From a virus (Duplodnaviria > Caudoviricetes): a stretch of 59,971 nucleotides of DNA. The position numbers were made by a program, and so were the translations under genes. The notes below the pieces were generated by a model. The model saw only the letters and a list, made by a program, of their open reading frames with translations, was not told the origin of the DNA and did no database searches. Where the stretch lies: positions 1-59,971 of IMG/VR virus record IMGVR_UViG_3300048556_000258; one strand, given 5' to 3'. Below, in pieces: positions 15,210 through 25,652 of the stretch (the first letter of the stretch is position 1; each line of letters begins with the position of its first letter).

Positions 15210-18200
15210 TATCTATTCCTTAAAGAGTTAGCTACATTTAAAATGTTCAAGGTATATTGATTAGGGTTTTGATCAAAAACAGTTTGAGGTGTTACAGGAA
15301 GTAAAGGCTTAATAGGAGGTGTTACAGGTTGATATTGAAAATTATCATTACCATTACCATTACCATCTATGCTAGTATCTTTTTGATTATAACCTGTTGT
15401 AGTCGTTACCCCTAACTTATTTCCAATCATAGCGGCCAAACTAACAATACCGGTTGGAAGACCCAATCCTGCGGAACCTCCGGGACCTGTTACACTTGTA
15501 ATGTTACCTAGAGCATCTTTACTAAAGCTAGGTTGTACGCCTGCTTTTAAAGATTGTCTAGCATGTTTATTCATTTTGTTTTTTAAACCAAAAATATCGT
15601 AAGGAACATTTTTTACAGGAGCGTAGGTTACAGACCCTTGCATATTTTCTAAACCCGATACACCTTTAGATAAGCCCCCCATCACATCCGCCATAGCTGC
15701 GATGCTGTCATCTAAGCCTATATTAGTAGAACCTACGCTAGAAGAAGGACCATAGCCCCCAATTCCACCAATCCCAGTCATTCCTGTAGGGGATGAATCA
15801 GCCATTGCGTCAGATATACTACCACTATACCCTGTGTCACCGCCAGAACTTGGACTTTCAGTGCCCGCTCCGCTTGGATCAGCTTCATTAGACCCGTCAT
15901 CTCCTGGACCACCTGGACCATAGAAACTTGGTATACCCATAGGTCCGGGTTTTCCAGAACCTCCAAGCAGCTGCAATATACCGCCTTCTTGTGGTGTAAT
16001 ATACGCAAGCATATGAGGCTGACCTTTAATATCTATTTCTCTTGGGGGCACTGCACCACCCTCCGCCATAGTAGCTGTGGGCGGTATCATGCTTGAGACA
16101 ATATCTGTTGGAAACAATGAAGCATATTTAGTTCTATCTGTGGGCGCGGAGGTGGCGGAGGAGCCACCACCTCCCGCGGAAGCGGTGTTCAATCCGCTCA
16201 AAAATGGTTGACTTGAAGTTACTTGGGTGGTGGGAAAACCCTCTTGTACCCTCGGCTCAACCGAACTCTGATCTCCTATAGTTTGATCCTCAGCCGTAGG
16301 ATCATATTCTTCTGTTTCAATAGCTCTAATTCCAGATGGCATAGCTCTTATAAAAGTTTGTCTTCCACCTGTTACAAAGAACCCTGCTTCTGTAAATAAT
16401 TGTTTTAATCTTTTTGAGAGTTTTAATTTCTCTGGTTCTGTTTTTGCTTTTTTAAGAAGCGTAGCTAATAATCTAGGATTCTCCATGACTTCTGTCATTA
16501 CATCTGTTTTCATACTAGCAGGTATATCTTCGAATATTCTTCTCAAAGCTTTAGAACCAGCACCAGCTGCAACTAACTGACCCGCCCCTGTTTGGCCTGG
16601 AATTAATCCTTGCATTCTTGTACCAATAGCTGATCCAGTAACTCTTAAATAAAAGTCTATTATAGGACCTGCTCTCTCTACCGTTTCTAAAGTTCCAGCC
16701 ACTTCCGAAGCCTCTAACTTAATCATCTCAGTCAATAATTTTTTAAAGCTGTTTGCCTCAGATTTTTTTATCACATTATTTGTTAACATGTGATCCATGA
16801 TAGAAGTATCACCTAATGAATTAGGGATTTTAGTATATAAAGTTTGATAAACTTCTCTTGGGCTAAAGCTTTCGCTTGTCTTGCCACCTTTAGTTAAAGC
16901 CCACTCTAATATACTAGACTTTAACCCAGCTAACGCCTCTTCATTACCTTTTGCAGGCTTAACCAAAGAGTTAAGAGATTTTATAGGAAACTTGGAATTA
17001 AAAGCTTGTGACACAGCTGCAGTAGGATTGTCTTGCTTTGTTAAATTTCTGTATGTGATTTGATTTTTTATATTCTTTTGAATGTTCTTATCTTTAGTAA
17101 CCCAGCCTCTTAAAAGATTATTAGCAGTTACAGTATTCTCTAAGTCTGATTTCAAAGTAGGAAAAGCCTCTAAGAGCTCTTCGTTTTTATTCATCCAATC
17201 TTGAAGTTTCTTTTGATTTAAAATGACTTCTCCGTCGGGTGTTTCTGTAAAGACTTCTGATCTAGCGTTTCTTAGTATGGAATCTAAAGTGCCATTGATT
17301 GTGGATATTGTTTCCTCAGCTCCTTCAATGCCTTGCTCTTTCGCAAAGTTACCTATATCTTCTATTTGTTTAATTCTTAAATAACTTACATCTGCATCGG
17401 CAGTCATTAGATTTTTGTGTAGTAACTCGGGAGATTGTCTTTGAGCCCCTGTCTTAGATTTAGCTAAAACATTACCCGCAAAGGCTCTTGTATAAACGTC
17501 ATTTAAGGCTTTGGAATAAGATCTTGCAATATCTAAAGCTTGGTTTACTCCTTCGGGCGCGTTTTCTAGGTCATCTAAAATTGCCTCTGCGATCCCGTAC
17601 ATAAAGCTAGATCCATTATCATCTCCCGCTGCAGCAAGTTTTCTGCCATTAGCCAAAGCTATGCTTCTCATGTCTCTTAATTCAGTTACAGTTAAAGGTT
17701 TAAGCTCCTCTTCTCCGCCAGCTACAGTAGTAGAGGATTGTTCTACTTTTCTTTTTCGATAAGTATTAACTAATTCCATAGCATCTTTGTGACGAGCTCT
17801 TTGATTGTTCAAAAGTCTAGTGCGTTCTTTCATAGCATCTCTTGTTTGACCTTTGAAAGCATCTCCAAAACCTTGAGGTGGGTTAGATCTAATCCTTTCT
17901 AAAAGAGTTGTTAACTGACCTGCATCTAAACTCTCTAAATCACCAAAATCTAAATCTTCTCTGGCTTGATCAACGACATTTAAAACTAGATTGTCTGTTC
18001 GTCTAGGCTGAGTACCTTTTGCTTTGATAGATTCTATAATTTTATCAAATTCTGCAACACGGTTAGAGGTAGCTCCTGGAGTAACATCTTCTAAGCCAAG
18101 TTCAATTCTTTTTCTTTCCACAAAATTTTGTATGTATTTAAGACCGGCAGTATCTCTTATATAATCAGCGGCCTCTTTTGTATCAGGTATTCTGCTATCA

Positions 18201-19891
18201 AAATAACTTATAAATCTAGGAGTATCGGTTGGATTGCCTTGAGTATTAACAAAAGATGTAATCTCTACATTAGCAATGTCTCTATAAAGTCTTTTTTCTT
18301 CATCTCTAGCTTTGTTTAGCTGGTTTCCTGTTAGTTCAAACAAAGATCGGCTTAATTCTTTATTATTCTTTGGGTCTTCACCTTTTAATTTAGATCTAGC
18401 TTCTAATAATTTTTCAGTGCTATTAATCAACTTTTGTGAGAGATATTGATTAAAACGTCCTTCTTGTATTTTAGCCGCAGCTTTTATGAGTTCAGGGTTA
18501 CCTGTTCTACTTAACGCAAAAACAACTTTTCTTATAGCTTGGTTGGCAGCTTTATTTTTCTCTCTAGCTTGTTTAGCTAAACCTTCTGTAGACTGTGCAA
18601 TAGAGTTTTCTATTGCCATCAAAGTTGTGTTACCTGTCTTTTGAGCTGCAGTTAAATCTAAATCACCTACAAGATCTACAACTTCTTTTGAGTTTAAAGC
18701 TTCTATTAAGCCATCAACATCTTCACCTTGTGTTTCCAATATTTCAAGGATACGTCTTGCGCCAGAAAGCTGACGATTTTCTCCAAAACCTCGTGCAGCA
18801 GATTGAAAGCTTTCTTTAAAAAAGTTTTTATACCCGCCTGCTTCCTTTATAGTAGCTTTTACTTCAGGAATATATTTTAAGAGTTGTGTGAAGCCTATTT
18901 GAGGTAGTATGCCTCCTGAGACTTCTGATATGAAACGTGTTCCTGCCCCACCTGGATCGGCTGTCTCCGCTAAATAAGCTCCTGTGCCTGAACCTAACAC
19001 GCTTGTTAATTCTGCGGCTCCCATAGTTTTAGGTCTTTTACTAAATTCTGTTCCAATCTTACCTAAAAGTTGTTCGGCTGCTCTAGAGATTCTAGCTGCT
19101 TTAGGACCTTTACCTGTTTTTAAGGCTTTTGCTATCACGGCATCACTAAAACCTTTTACACCTTCAGGAGATATTTTTTGAGGTTGAGGACCTTTAGCTA
19201 GTAAATCATCTAAGTTATCTAAATAAGTGGCAGCTCCCATACTAATATTTTTTGGAACTAAAAAAGGCATAGGTAGCCAAGCTAAACCACCTCCTACAGT
19301 CTTACCTGATTCGTAGGCCGCGGACTGTGAGGGTGTAACCGCTTTCTCCGGTCCTAGAAGTAAGTCAGTAAACTCATCGCCGACTCGATACCCTTTAAAA
19401 GCCCCGATCAGTCCTGTTATAACAGGAACACCGTACTTTACCCCAATAGTCAAAGGCGATGTAGGTGGTATCATAGAGGTTGCTTTTGCACCAAGCTTAA
19501 CTCCTGCGTAACCTCCTGCCGCGCTAGGAGCCATTTTTGTTAACTCTCTTGTTAAACCTTCAAAGAAACCCACATCTTTTAAATTAGTAAACTGATCTAG
19601 AATGTCTTTATCAGTCATGGACCTCTCAGATGGGTCTAAACTCTTGGTATCAGGAGAGAAGTCAAATAAAGGAGCTGTGCCATCTCTTAATTGCTTGTAG
19701 TTAAAAAGATTAGGAAAATCTAAAGATAGTTCTTCAGCTACGTTTTCCGCAATAGCACTTTCAGCTTTATCGGCACCGTATGTCTTAGTAAGAAAATCAG
19801 TTTCTCCTTTTTCAAAAGAAACAATAGGGACCGTAGTAAAAGTACCTTCACCTGTAGGTATATCTATAACTTCATTGTTTTCTTCAGCCAT
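15209..19891 (-). CDS. Large internal virion/ejection protein, 1560 aa
   Basis: Last of four large genes after the tail genes; helical with Gly/Ala-rich hydrophobic segments; C-terminal MAEGG + HMLAYITP module. Confidence 0.7.
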   Translation of the reverse strand: MAEENNEVIDIPTGEGTFTTVPIVSFEKGETDFLTKTYGADKAESAIAENVAEELSLDFPNLFNYKQLRDGTAPLFDFSPDTKSLDPSERSMTDKDILDQFTNLKDVGFFEGLTRELTKMAPSAAGGYAGVKLGAKATSMIPPTSPLTIGVKYGVPVITGLIGAFKGYRVGDEFTDLLLGPEKAVTPSQSAAYESGKTVGGGLAWLPMPFLVPKNISMGAATYLDNLDDLLAKGPQPQKISPEGVKGFSDAVIAKALKTGKGPKAARISRAAEQLLGKIGTEFSKRPKTMGAAELTSVLGSGTGAYLAETADPGGAGTRFISEVSGGILPQIGFTQLLKYIPEVKATIKEAGGYKNFFKESFQSAARGFGENRQLSGARRILEILETQGEDVDGLIEALNSKEVVDLVGDLDLTAAQKTGNTTLMAIENSIAQSTEGLAKQAREKNKAANQAIRKVVFALSRTGNPELIKAAAKIQEGRFNQYLSQKLINSTEKLLEARSKLKGEDPKNNKELSRSLFELTGNQLNKARDEEKRLYRDIANVEITSFVNTQGNPTDTPRFISYFDSRIPDTKEAADYIRDTAGLKYIQNFVERKRIELGLEDVTPGATSNRVAEFDKIIESIKAKGTQPRRTDNLVLNVVDQAREDLDFGDLESLDAGQLTTLLERIRSNPPQGFGDAFKGQTRDAMKERTRLLNNQRARHKDAMELVNTYRKRKVEQSSTTVAGGEEELKPLTVTELRDMRSIALANGRKLAAAGDDNGSSFMYGIAEAILDDLENAPEGVNQALDIARSYSKALNDVYTRAFAGNVLAKSKTGAQRQSPELLHKNLMTADADVSYLRIKQIEDIGNFAKEQGIEGAEETISTINGTLDSILRNARSEVFTETPDGEVILNQKKLQDWMNKNEELLEAFPTLKSDLENTVTANNLLRGWVTKDKNIQKNIKNQITYRNLTKQDNPTAAVSQAFNSKFPIKSLNSLVKPAKGNEEALAGLKSSILEWALTKGGKTSESFSPREVYQTLYTKIPNSLGDTSIMDHMLTNNVIKKSEANSFKKLLTEMIKLEASEVAGTLETVERAGPIIDFYLRVTGSAIGTRMQGLIPGQTGAGQLVAAGAGSKALRRIFEDIPASMKTDVMTEVMENPRLLATLLKKAKTEPEKLKLSKRLKQLFTEAGFFVTGGRQTFIRAMPSGIRAIETEEYDPTAEDQTIGDQSSVEPRVQEGFPTTQVTSSQPFLSGLNTASAGGGGSSATSAPTDRTKYASLFPTDIVSSMIPPTATMAEGGAVPPREIDIKGQPHMLAYITPQEGGILQLLGGSGKPGPMGIPSFYGPGGPGDDGSNEADPSGAGTESPSSGGDTGYSGSISDAMADSSPTGMTGIGGIGGYGPSSSVGSTNIGLDDSIAAMADVMGGLSKGVSGLENMQGSVTYAPVKNVPYDIFGLKNKMNKHARQSLKAGVQPSFSKDALGNITSVTGPGGSAGLGLPTGIVSLAAMIGNKLGVTTTTGYNQKDTSIDGNGNGNDNFQYQPVTPPIKPLLPVTPQTVFDQNPNQYTLNILNVANSLRNR

Positions 19892-19894
19892 TAA

Positions 19895-22720
19895 TTATTC
19901 CTTACGTCTTTTGAAGACATTTTTAAAGACCTTATTTGCGTCAGCTCCCGAGCCAGTTTCTCCAAACCCACCAAATTTTTTGTAACTATTGATGGCGGTT
20001 TCGTATTCATTAATGAGACCACTTGTGAGTGTGAGGGCTTTTCTTGCTTTATCCAAACTTACATCTCTGTATTTCTTTGGATTATCAATTATATCTTGAA
20101 GTTCTTCTTTTGTCTTTTGCATAACATTTCTAGTCACTTCAAGTTGTGCCAAAGCATCTGAATCTGTTCTAAAACCACTAGGCCTAACTAATTCTTTCTG
20201 TAGTCTTGCTAAACTCTGTACGTCCAGTCTGTCGTTTGTAGCTTCTCTTACAAATCTCTCTGTTGAGTTAGCCAAAGCATTTAGCATTTTTCTACCAGCA
20301 GATGTTTCTTTAAACACATCTCCCTTACCAATTCCAACTTCAGAAGCTTGACCAGCTAAGAACCTCATGCCTGATTTTAAGGACGATACGAAACCTGTTG
20401 CATCGGTCAAATCTACGTTTGGATCAATTATCTTAGTTACAGCTGCATTACCCTCTTCTTCGCTAATAGGACCAAATGCTTCCCTTTCTGCTTTACTTAA
20501 GTTTAACTTACTCAAAGGTATATTTGGTATAGTCAATCCTTTTTGCAGTCGTTGTTTTAGGACATCCTGTAGATACGGGGGCAATTCTTTTTCGGTTGTT
20601 TCACCTTTAATATCAGTGGTCTTTGCGACATAGTTCTGTATCGCTGTTTCAAACTGGGGATCATTTGCACCATTTGCATAGTCTGTAAATCTCTTAGAAT
20701 CTGTTACAATATTTAAAGTTCTACCCTCAAGGCCTGTCCCAAAAACCTCTAACCGAGCTTTGTGCTTTTTAAGAACAAGTTCTTTTTCTTTTAGTTCTTG
20801 ATTAACGACATTGTTAGTTCGAGTAATTTGATTCATCTCACTCTTAATTTGATTAGATTCTTTTCTATACTGAACTAATTTATTTAATTCTTTATTTTTG
20901 AAAGCTAAGACATTAACATCATTTTCGGCTCTCTTTTCTGCAGAGAACTTTTTAATTTGTGTTTCGGCAATCTTTACTTCGTTAAGTTCCTTTTCAATCA
21001 AAGCTATCTTTTGTTGATCTCTTTCTCCTTCAGCTTTCTTTAACTCATAGTCTCTTAGACCCTCTAAAGTTTTTCTAGCTTCAGTAACTTTATCTAAATC
21101 TAACTCGGCTATAGCTTGTTGGTTCTCGGCTCTTCTTTGCGCAACCAAATTGCTTTCTCTTACTTTGTCAAACTCTAGCCTTTTATTTTTTTGAGCTATG
21201 TTATTTTGATTAATTAACTTATCTGTATTGTTTTTTTCAGTAGAAATTAATTGTTTTGTAGCATTATCTTTATCTGTTATCTTTTCATTAGACTCAATAT
21301 CTTTTATCTTTCTTTCCATAGAAGCAATGTTATTTATATTAGCAACATCTTTTCTACCTGTTATTTCAGTGTTAATTTTTTCTAAATCATTTTCTTGTTT
21401 TATGTCAATTTGATTAAGGTCAATCGCCTCTTGAACTTTTTTAAGTTGTTCTTGAATATCACCCTTTTCTTTTTCTAAAGTAATATCATAGCCCGATTGT
21501 AATTTTTTGTTCACTTCATCTAATTTTGTCTGTAAAGCAAACTTATTTTTTTGCATAGACTGATCGTGTGCTCTGCTTGATACTCCCTCAGCTTTTTTAA
21601 AAGCAAGATCTTTAGATTGTTTAATTAAGTCATAGCTAGACTTTGTTGCTATCTGTTGTAAATTTGCTACGTTTTTTAATCTCGCAGTCTCTAAGCCAAG
21701 AGCTCCTTGTAAGGCAGCAGTCTTTGCTGCTGTATCAGCCGCTGCAGCTTCTTTTCTTGAAGCAGCTGTTCTTGCCGCTATAGTAGGTAATAGTTTTGTT
21801 TGTTGTGTGGCCATAGCCAAACGCTCTGCAGCACTCATACCTTCTTTTTCACCCTGCATAGGAGATGCAAAAGCTAAAGCTGTGTTAGCTATGTCAAACA
21901 AAATATCTGATTGAAGCGCTTCTTTTCTTTCTTCAGCAGATTTAGTAGGCATGAAAGCTTGAAAGGTGGGTAAAAGAGCCTCTGCGGTCTCACCTACCTT
22001 TTGTTGATAATCAAAATCAAAATTTTTTGGCGAACCACCCGCTTGCATATACTGAACAGGACCACCTTGCTCAAACACAGGAACTGGATCTTCATCACCT
22101 CGGCGGCGGACTTCGCCGCCTAAGTTAAAATTTACGGGTGGCTCGTTACCAACCCCCATATTCCCGTTAGCTGCCATTGACATAATGCCTTCCCCCATGT
22201 CGCCTTCGACTGGAGTGTTCATCTGCTCTTGGGCCATTGGTCCTATGCCTTGATCAACTAATGCTAGTTCAACCACTGGAGTAACCAAAGCCAAAACACT
22301 TTCTGGTGTTTGACCCGCGTCCTCTGGTCCAACTATGCTTGCTAAATCTGACCTTCTCTCTTCAGCACTTTTGTTCTCACCTGAAACACTGTTCATCATC
22401 TCTTCAAAACTTCCGGCAGCCTCTGGGTCAGAAAACCCTGCCGCTTCAGCGCCTTCTATCATTTGACCTACAGTATTTGGGTCTATCATTTCAGCTCCCT
22501 GTTGTGCCATCATTTCAGGAGAAGGAGATCCCATTGCAGGGGCTGTGGCCATAATACCCTCAGACATCATCATTGGATCACCGCCTTCTGCCATATAGCC
22601 CATGTTATTTCTTACATTTTCAGGCAAATTAGGTAAGCCCTGATTTCCTGCTGGTATAGGCTTCAACCCTGCGGCTCCACCATTTTGAAACATCTGCCGT
22701 TCCATTACGCTTCTATTCAT
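19895..22720 (-). CDS. Internal virion/ejection protein, coiled-coil, 941 aa
   Basis: Position; long K/E/Q coiled coil; five xxGG motifs in the N-terminal quarter. Confidence 0.7.
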   Translation of the reverse strand: MNRSVMERQMFQNGGAAGLKPIPAGNQGLPNLPENVRNNMGYMAEGGDPMMMSEGIMATAPAMGSPSPEMMAQQGAEMIDPNTVGQMIEGAEAAGFSDPEAAGSFEEMMNSVSGENKSAEERRSDLASIVGPEDAGQTPESVLALVTPVVELALVDQGIGPMAQEQMNTPVEGDMGEGIMSMAANGNMGVGNEPPVNFNLGGEVRRRGDEDPVPVFEQGGPVQYMQAGGSPKNFDFDYQQKVGETAEALLPTFQAFMPTKSAEERKEALQSDILFDIANTALAFASPMQGEKEGMSAAERLAMATQQTKLLPTIAARTAASRKEAAAADTAAKTAALQGALGLETARLKNVANLQQIATKSSYDLIKQSKDLAFKKAEGVSSRAHDQSMQKNKFALQTKLDEVNKKLQSGYDITLEKEKGDIQEQLKKVQEAIDLNQIDIKQENDLEKINTEITGRKDVANINNIASMERKIKDIESNEKITDKDNATKQLISTEKNNTDKLINQNNIAQKNKRLEFDKVRESNLVAQRRAENQQAIAELDLDKVTEARKTLEGLRDYELKKAEGERDQQKIALIEKELNEVKIAETQIKKFSAEKRAENDVNVLAFKNKELNKLVQYRKESNQIKSEMNQITRTNNVVNQELKEKELVLKKHKARLEVFGTGLEGRTLNIVTDSKRFTDYANGANDPQFETAIQNYVAKTTDIKGETTEKELPPYLQDVLKQRLQKGLTIPNIPLSKLNLSKAEREAFGPISEEEGNAAVTKIIDPNVDLTDATGFVSSLKSGMRFLAGQASEVGIGKGDVFKETSAGRKMLNALANSTERFVREATNDRLDVQSLARLQKELVRPSGFRTDSDALAQLEVTRNVMQKTKEELQDIIDNPKKYRDVSLDKARKALTLTSGLINEYETAINSYKKFGGFGETGSGADANKVFKNVFKRRKE

Positions 22721-23670
22721 TAACCGAATAACCCCGCTTTAGCTGCTCCAGCACCTGCTGACAATCCAGCAATACCTAAACCTAGATATTGTTGAAAAGG
22801 TGACACACTAGGTGACGTGGATTGTGTTATAGTTTGTTGTGTCGTAGGTGTCTTACTGTAAACGTCAGATAAGAAACCTAATCTTTGATAAGGCTCATAC
22901 ATTTGTGACAAATCACTTTGTCTTTGTGCTTCTAGTTTAGCCTGATCTTGTGCTTGAAGGAGGGACCCAATCTTGAAAGCACCCTCAACATCTCTCTGTC
23001 CTAATCCCTGTACAGTCTCGCCAAGAGCCGCTTGCCTTAGTCCTAACTGTCCTCTCTCTCCTGCTAGTCCTGCCTGCTGAGAAGCTAACCCTGCAATACC
23101 TTGACCTAACTGAGTTTGTCTTCCTAGCTCACGCTCCGCAGCTTGTTGAGCTTGCATAAAGTTTTGTGCCTGCGCTTGTGCCAGAGCTTGTGATCTGTTT
23201 CTGTCTATCTCACTTTGAGCAACCTGAGACCTTGACCCACCAAAAGCACCTTGACCGACGGCGCCTGCTCTAGTTCCTTGAAGTTGTATATCATAAGCTC
23301 GGTTAATTTCATCTGCGACAGCTTGTTGATAAGGATTCATATATCTTTCAGTCATTTCCTGTGTAACAGGTCCTGCGCCAGCTCTCAAAGCAGCTTCTAC
23401 ACCACCAAGTGTTTGTCCTGCGCCAGTTAACTGCTGTCCTGCCTGACCTAAGGCCTGACCACCTGCGGTAATATACGGCATAAAAGATCCAAGGCCAGCT
23501 TCAGCTTGTTTCCTTGCAGCTTCTTGTAGACCTGTTAACTCCGCAACCTGTTGAGGTGGCAAAGTCATGCCTTGATCGGCTAGTTCCTTTGCAGACTTTA
23601 AAAGACCAATTCTATAGGCTTCTATCTCAGGAGATTCCCCTACCTGTTGTATGACGGTTTCTGTTGCCAT
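22720..23670 (-). CDS. Internal virion (DNA transfer/pilot-like) protein
   Basis: Q/A/G-rich; YMNPYQQAV, GAFGGSR motifs; C-terminal GLGIAGLSAGAG. Confidence 0.7.
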   Translation of the reverse strand: MATETVIQQVGESPEIEAYRIGLLKSAKELADQGMTLPPQQVAELTGLQEAARKQAEAGLGSFMPYITAGGQALGQAGQQLTGAGQTLGGVEAALRAGAGPVTQEMTERYMNPYQQAVADEINRAYDIQLQGTRAGAVGQGAFGGSRSQVAQSEIDRNRSQALAQAQAQNFMQAQQAAERELGRQTQLGQGIAGLASQQAGLAGERGQLGLRQAALGETVQGLGQRDVEGAFKIGSLLQAQDQAKLEAQRQSDLSQMYEPYQRLGFLSDVYSKTPTTQQTITQSTSPSVSPFQQYLGLGIAGLSAGAGAAKAGLFG

Positions 23671-25226
23671 TATGCCATCGCCTTTCCACGTTGTTCTAGA
23701 TTACGCATGACGTTATACATATTACTTATACCTTTGTTCATGTCACCACCACCTAGACCTTTTACAGCATCGGTAGTCATAACGAACTCTCCGGGCATTA
23801 ACATAGCTCTCACGCTGTCTTTGTTTGGGATACCCTCATTAGGCATAATACCCCCTACACGTCTTGGAAATATCTCACCGCCCTCGGCCGCAGCTTGGAA
23901 AGGTGTCTGAGAATAAAGATAAGGGTTGTACTCAAAGCCATAGCTCGTGGGCCGTGAGACAGGGCCCGTAGATCTTTCTACAGCTAAGTCTTTTATGTCA
24001 TAAGTGTCAGGGCTTTCTTTATAAACGTCTAATCCTGTCCTGACAGGACCTGTATCTTCTTCTTCGGGCACGTCAAACATACCACCAGCTGCGCCAGCTG
24101 CAGTAAGTAACGCGGCACTCGGACCGTATTTTCTAAGAAAGCTAGGACTTTGCTTGGCAGCTTTTTCTGCTGCGTCTAAATATAAGGCACTATTTTTACT
24201 AACTTTGCTTAAATCTATGTTTGGATTTTCTGCTTTTAATATGTCGGCGGCAGTAACATCATCAGGTCCAAAGAGAAAATCACCGGCTTTGCTGCCATAT
24301 TCTTTTAAAGTATCAAACATGCTAGTAGGTTTTGGAGGTAAAGTTGTTTGCGTTATAGGTTTCATACTAGAATCTAACGGTATAGCTTCACCACTTGGAC
24401 GGGTCATATCTATGAAAGCGGGTTTTTCTACACCGGAAGTGCTAAGACTTGCTTTTTGTATACCATCTGGAGAAACAGTTGTCTCACCTTCAAACAAACC
24501 TCTAAGACTAGGCTGTGTTGTGCTTTGTAGTGGATCAAAATTACCTTGAAAAGCTGCTTTTACACTTGAAGTACCTGCACCGACATCCGCGGCTATGTTA
24601 TCCATAAAACCGCCCTTACCAGAAAGTCCTGCAGTTACAGCACCTGTGGCACCTCCCATAAGAGCAGATTTAAAGGCGTCTTGTACGCTACCACCTTGAA
24701 CTAAAGTTCCGATACCTGCGCCTAAGGCGCCTGACATAACGGTACCTAATCCGGGGGCAAAGTAATTAATTGCCATAGGTATAATCAAAGGAGCGGCCTT
24801 CTTTAAAGCTTTACCTACACCCTTAGCTATCTTACTAACAGATTTAAAAATCTTTTTGAAGAAAAACTCCGGTAAACCTGTTGTAGGGTTCAAGCTGTTT
24901 TTGCTCTCACCAACAACATATCTTTCTGGGTCTTCTACACCTAATTCTTTTAAATGCTTAAATATACTTTCTTTTAAAGCAGGGTTCTTTTCAATCAAGG
25001 CCCGTGGGACGATGAGCTCGCCTGTTTCAACGTGGGCCACGGTGTCATCCCCGTAACGACCGAAGTTCGCCATCTTTTTTCCAACATCCGAGAACTGAGC
25101 AATACCGTTCGTGCCAAACTGCTCTCGAAGCTCTTCGGCTTCCAGCTGTTCAATCTGCTCATCCGTCATTACAAAATCTGCAATACCGCCTGCAGGTATG
25201 GTTTCTTGTTTAAGCGCTTGATCCAT
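23670..25226 (-). CDS. Internal virion protein with two DT/DS-xx-A...GE domains
   Basis: GDDTVAHVETGELIVP...NPTTGLPEF; Gly-zipper segment; AAEGG...DSVRAMLMPGEFVMT. Confidence 0.7.
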   Translation of the reverse strand: MDQALKQETIPAGGIADFVMTDEQIEQLEAEELREQFGTNGIAQFSDVGKKMANFGRYGDDTVAHVETGELIVPRALIEKNPALKESIFKHLKELGVEDPERYVVGESKNSLNPTTGLPEFFFKKIFKSVSKIAKGVGKALKKAAPLIIPMAINYFAPGLGTVMSGALGAGIGTLVQGGSVQDAFKSALMGGATGAVTAGLSGKGGFMDNIAADVGAGTSSVKAAFQGNFDPLQSTTQPSLRGLFEGETTVSPDGIQKASLSTSGVEKPAFIDMTRPSGEAIPLDSSMKPITQTTLPPKPTSMFDTLKEYGSKAGDFLFGPDDVTAADILKAENPNIDLSKVSKNSALYLDAAEKAAKQSPSFLRKYGPSAALLTAAGAAGGMFDVPEEEDTGPVRTGLDVYKESPDTYDIKDLAVERSTGPVSRPTSYGFEYNPYLYSQTPFQAAAEGGEIFPRRVGGIMPNEGIPNKDSVRAMLMPGEFVMTTDAVKGLGGGDMNKGISNMYNVMRNLEQRGKAMA

Positions 25227-25262
25227 GTTTAGTACCTTACCATGAAAGTTTTACTTGTTCAA

Positions 25263-25652
25263 CTATATCTGTGTTATCGCACTTGTTGTAATTCTAGTCT
25301 TAATTAGCTCTTGTATACTAGCAACAACAAGAAGTCTGTTAGCCACTCCTGCCTGTACTTTTATTATATCACCACCTTGTAATATCAGATCTCTTGTTAA
25401 AAGTTCTTCTGTTGCGTGTCCTGCAACGCTTTTTTCAAACAATTCAAATACATTATTATCTTTGTCCGTTAAAGTTACTGTTAAGGTATCTCCATTGTTA
25501 CTGCTGTCATGCACTAATATTGAATTAATAACAGAAGCATTTGATTCTGCTCCAGTAGGGGCTGTGTATAAGGTTGTTACATCGGTTGTTGTTAAGTCAA
25601 CTTTTGCATTTGTTAAACCTTGAATATATTGAGGAATAGCACTAACTAACAT
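25263..25652 (-). CDS. Small virion structural protein
   Basis: LTTTDVTTLYTAP...SILV...L+LQGGDIIKV beta-sandwich pattern; similar to 38971..39309. Confidence 0.7.
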   Translation of the reverse strand: MLVSAIPQYIQGLTNAKVDLTTTDVTTLYTAPTGAESNASVINSILVHDSSNNGDTLTVTLTDKDNNVFELFEKSVAGHATEELLTRDLILQGGDIIKVQAGVANRLLVVASIQELIKTRITTSAITQI

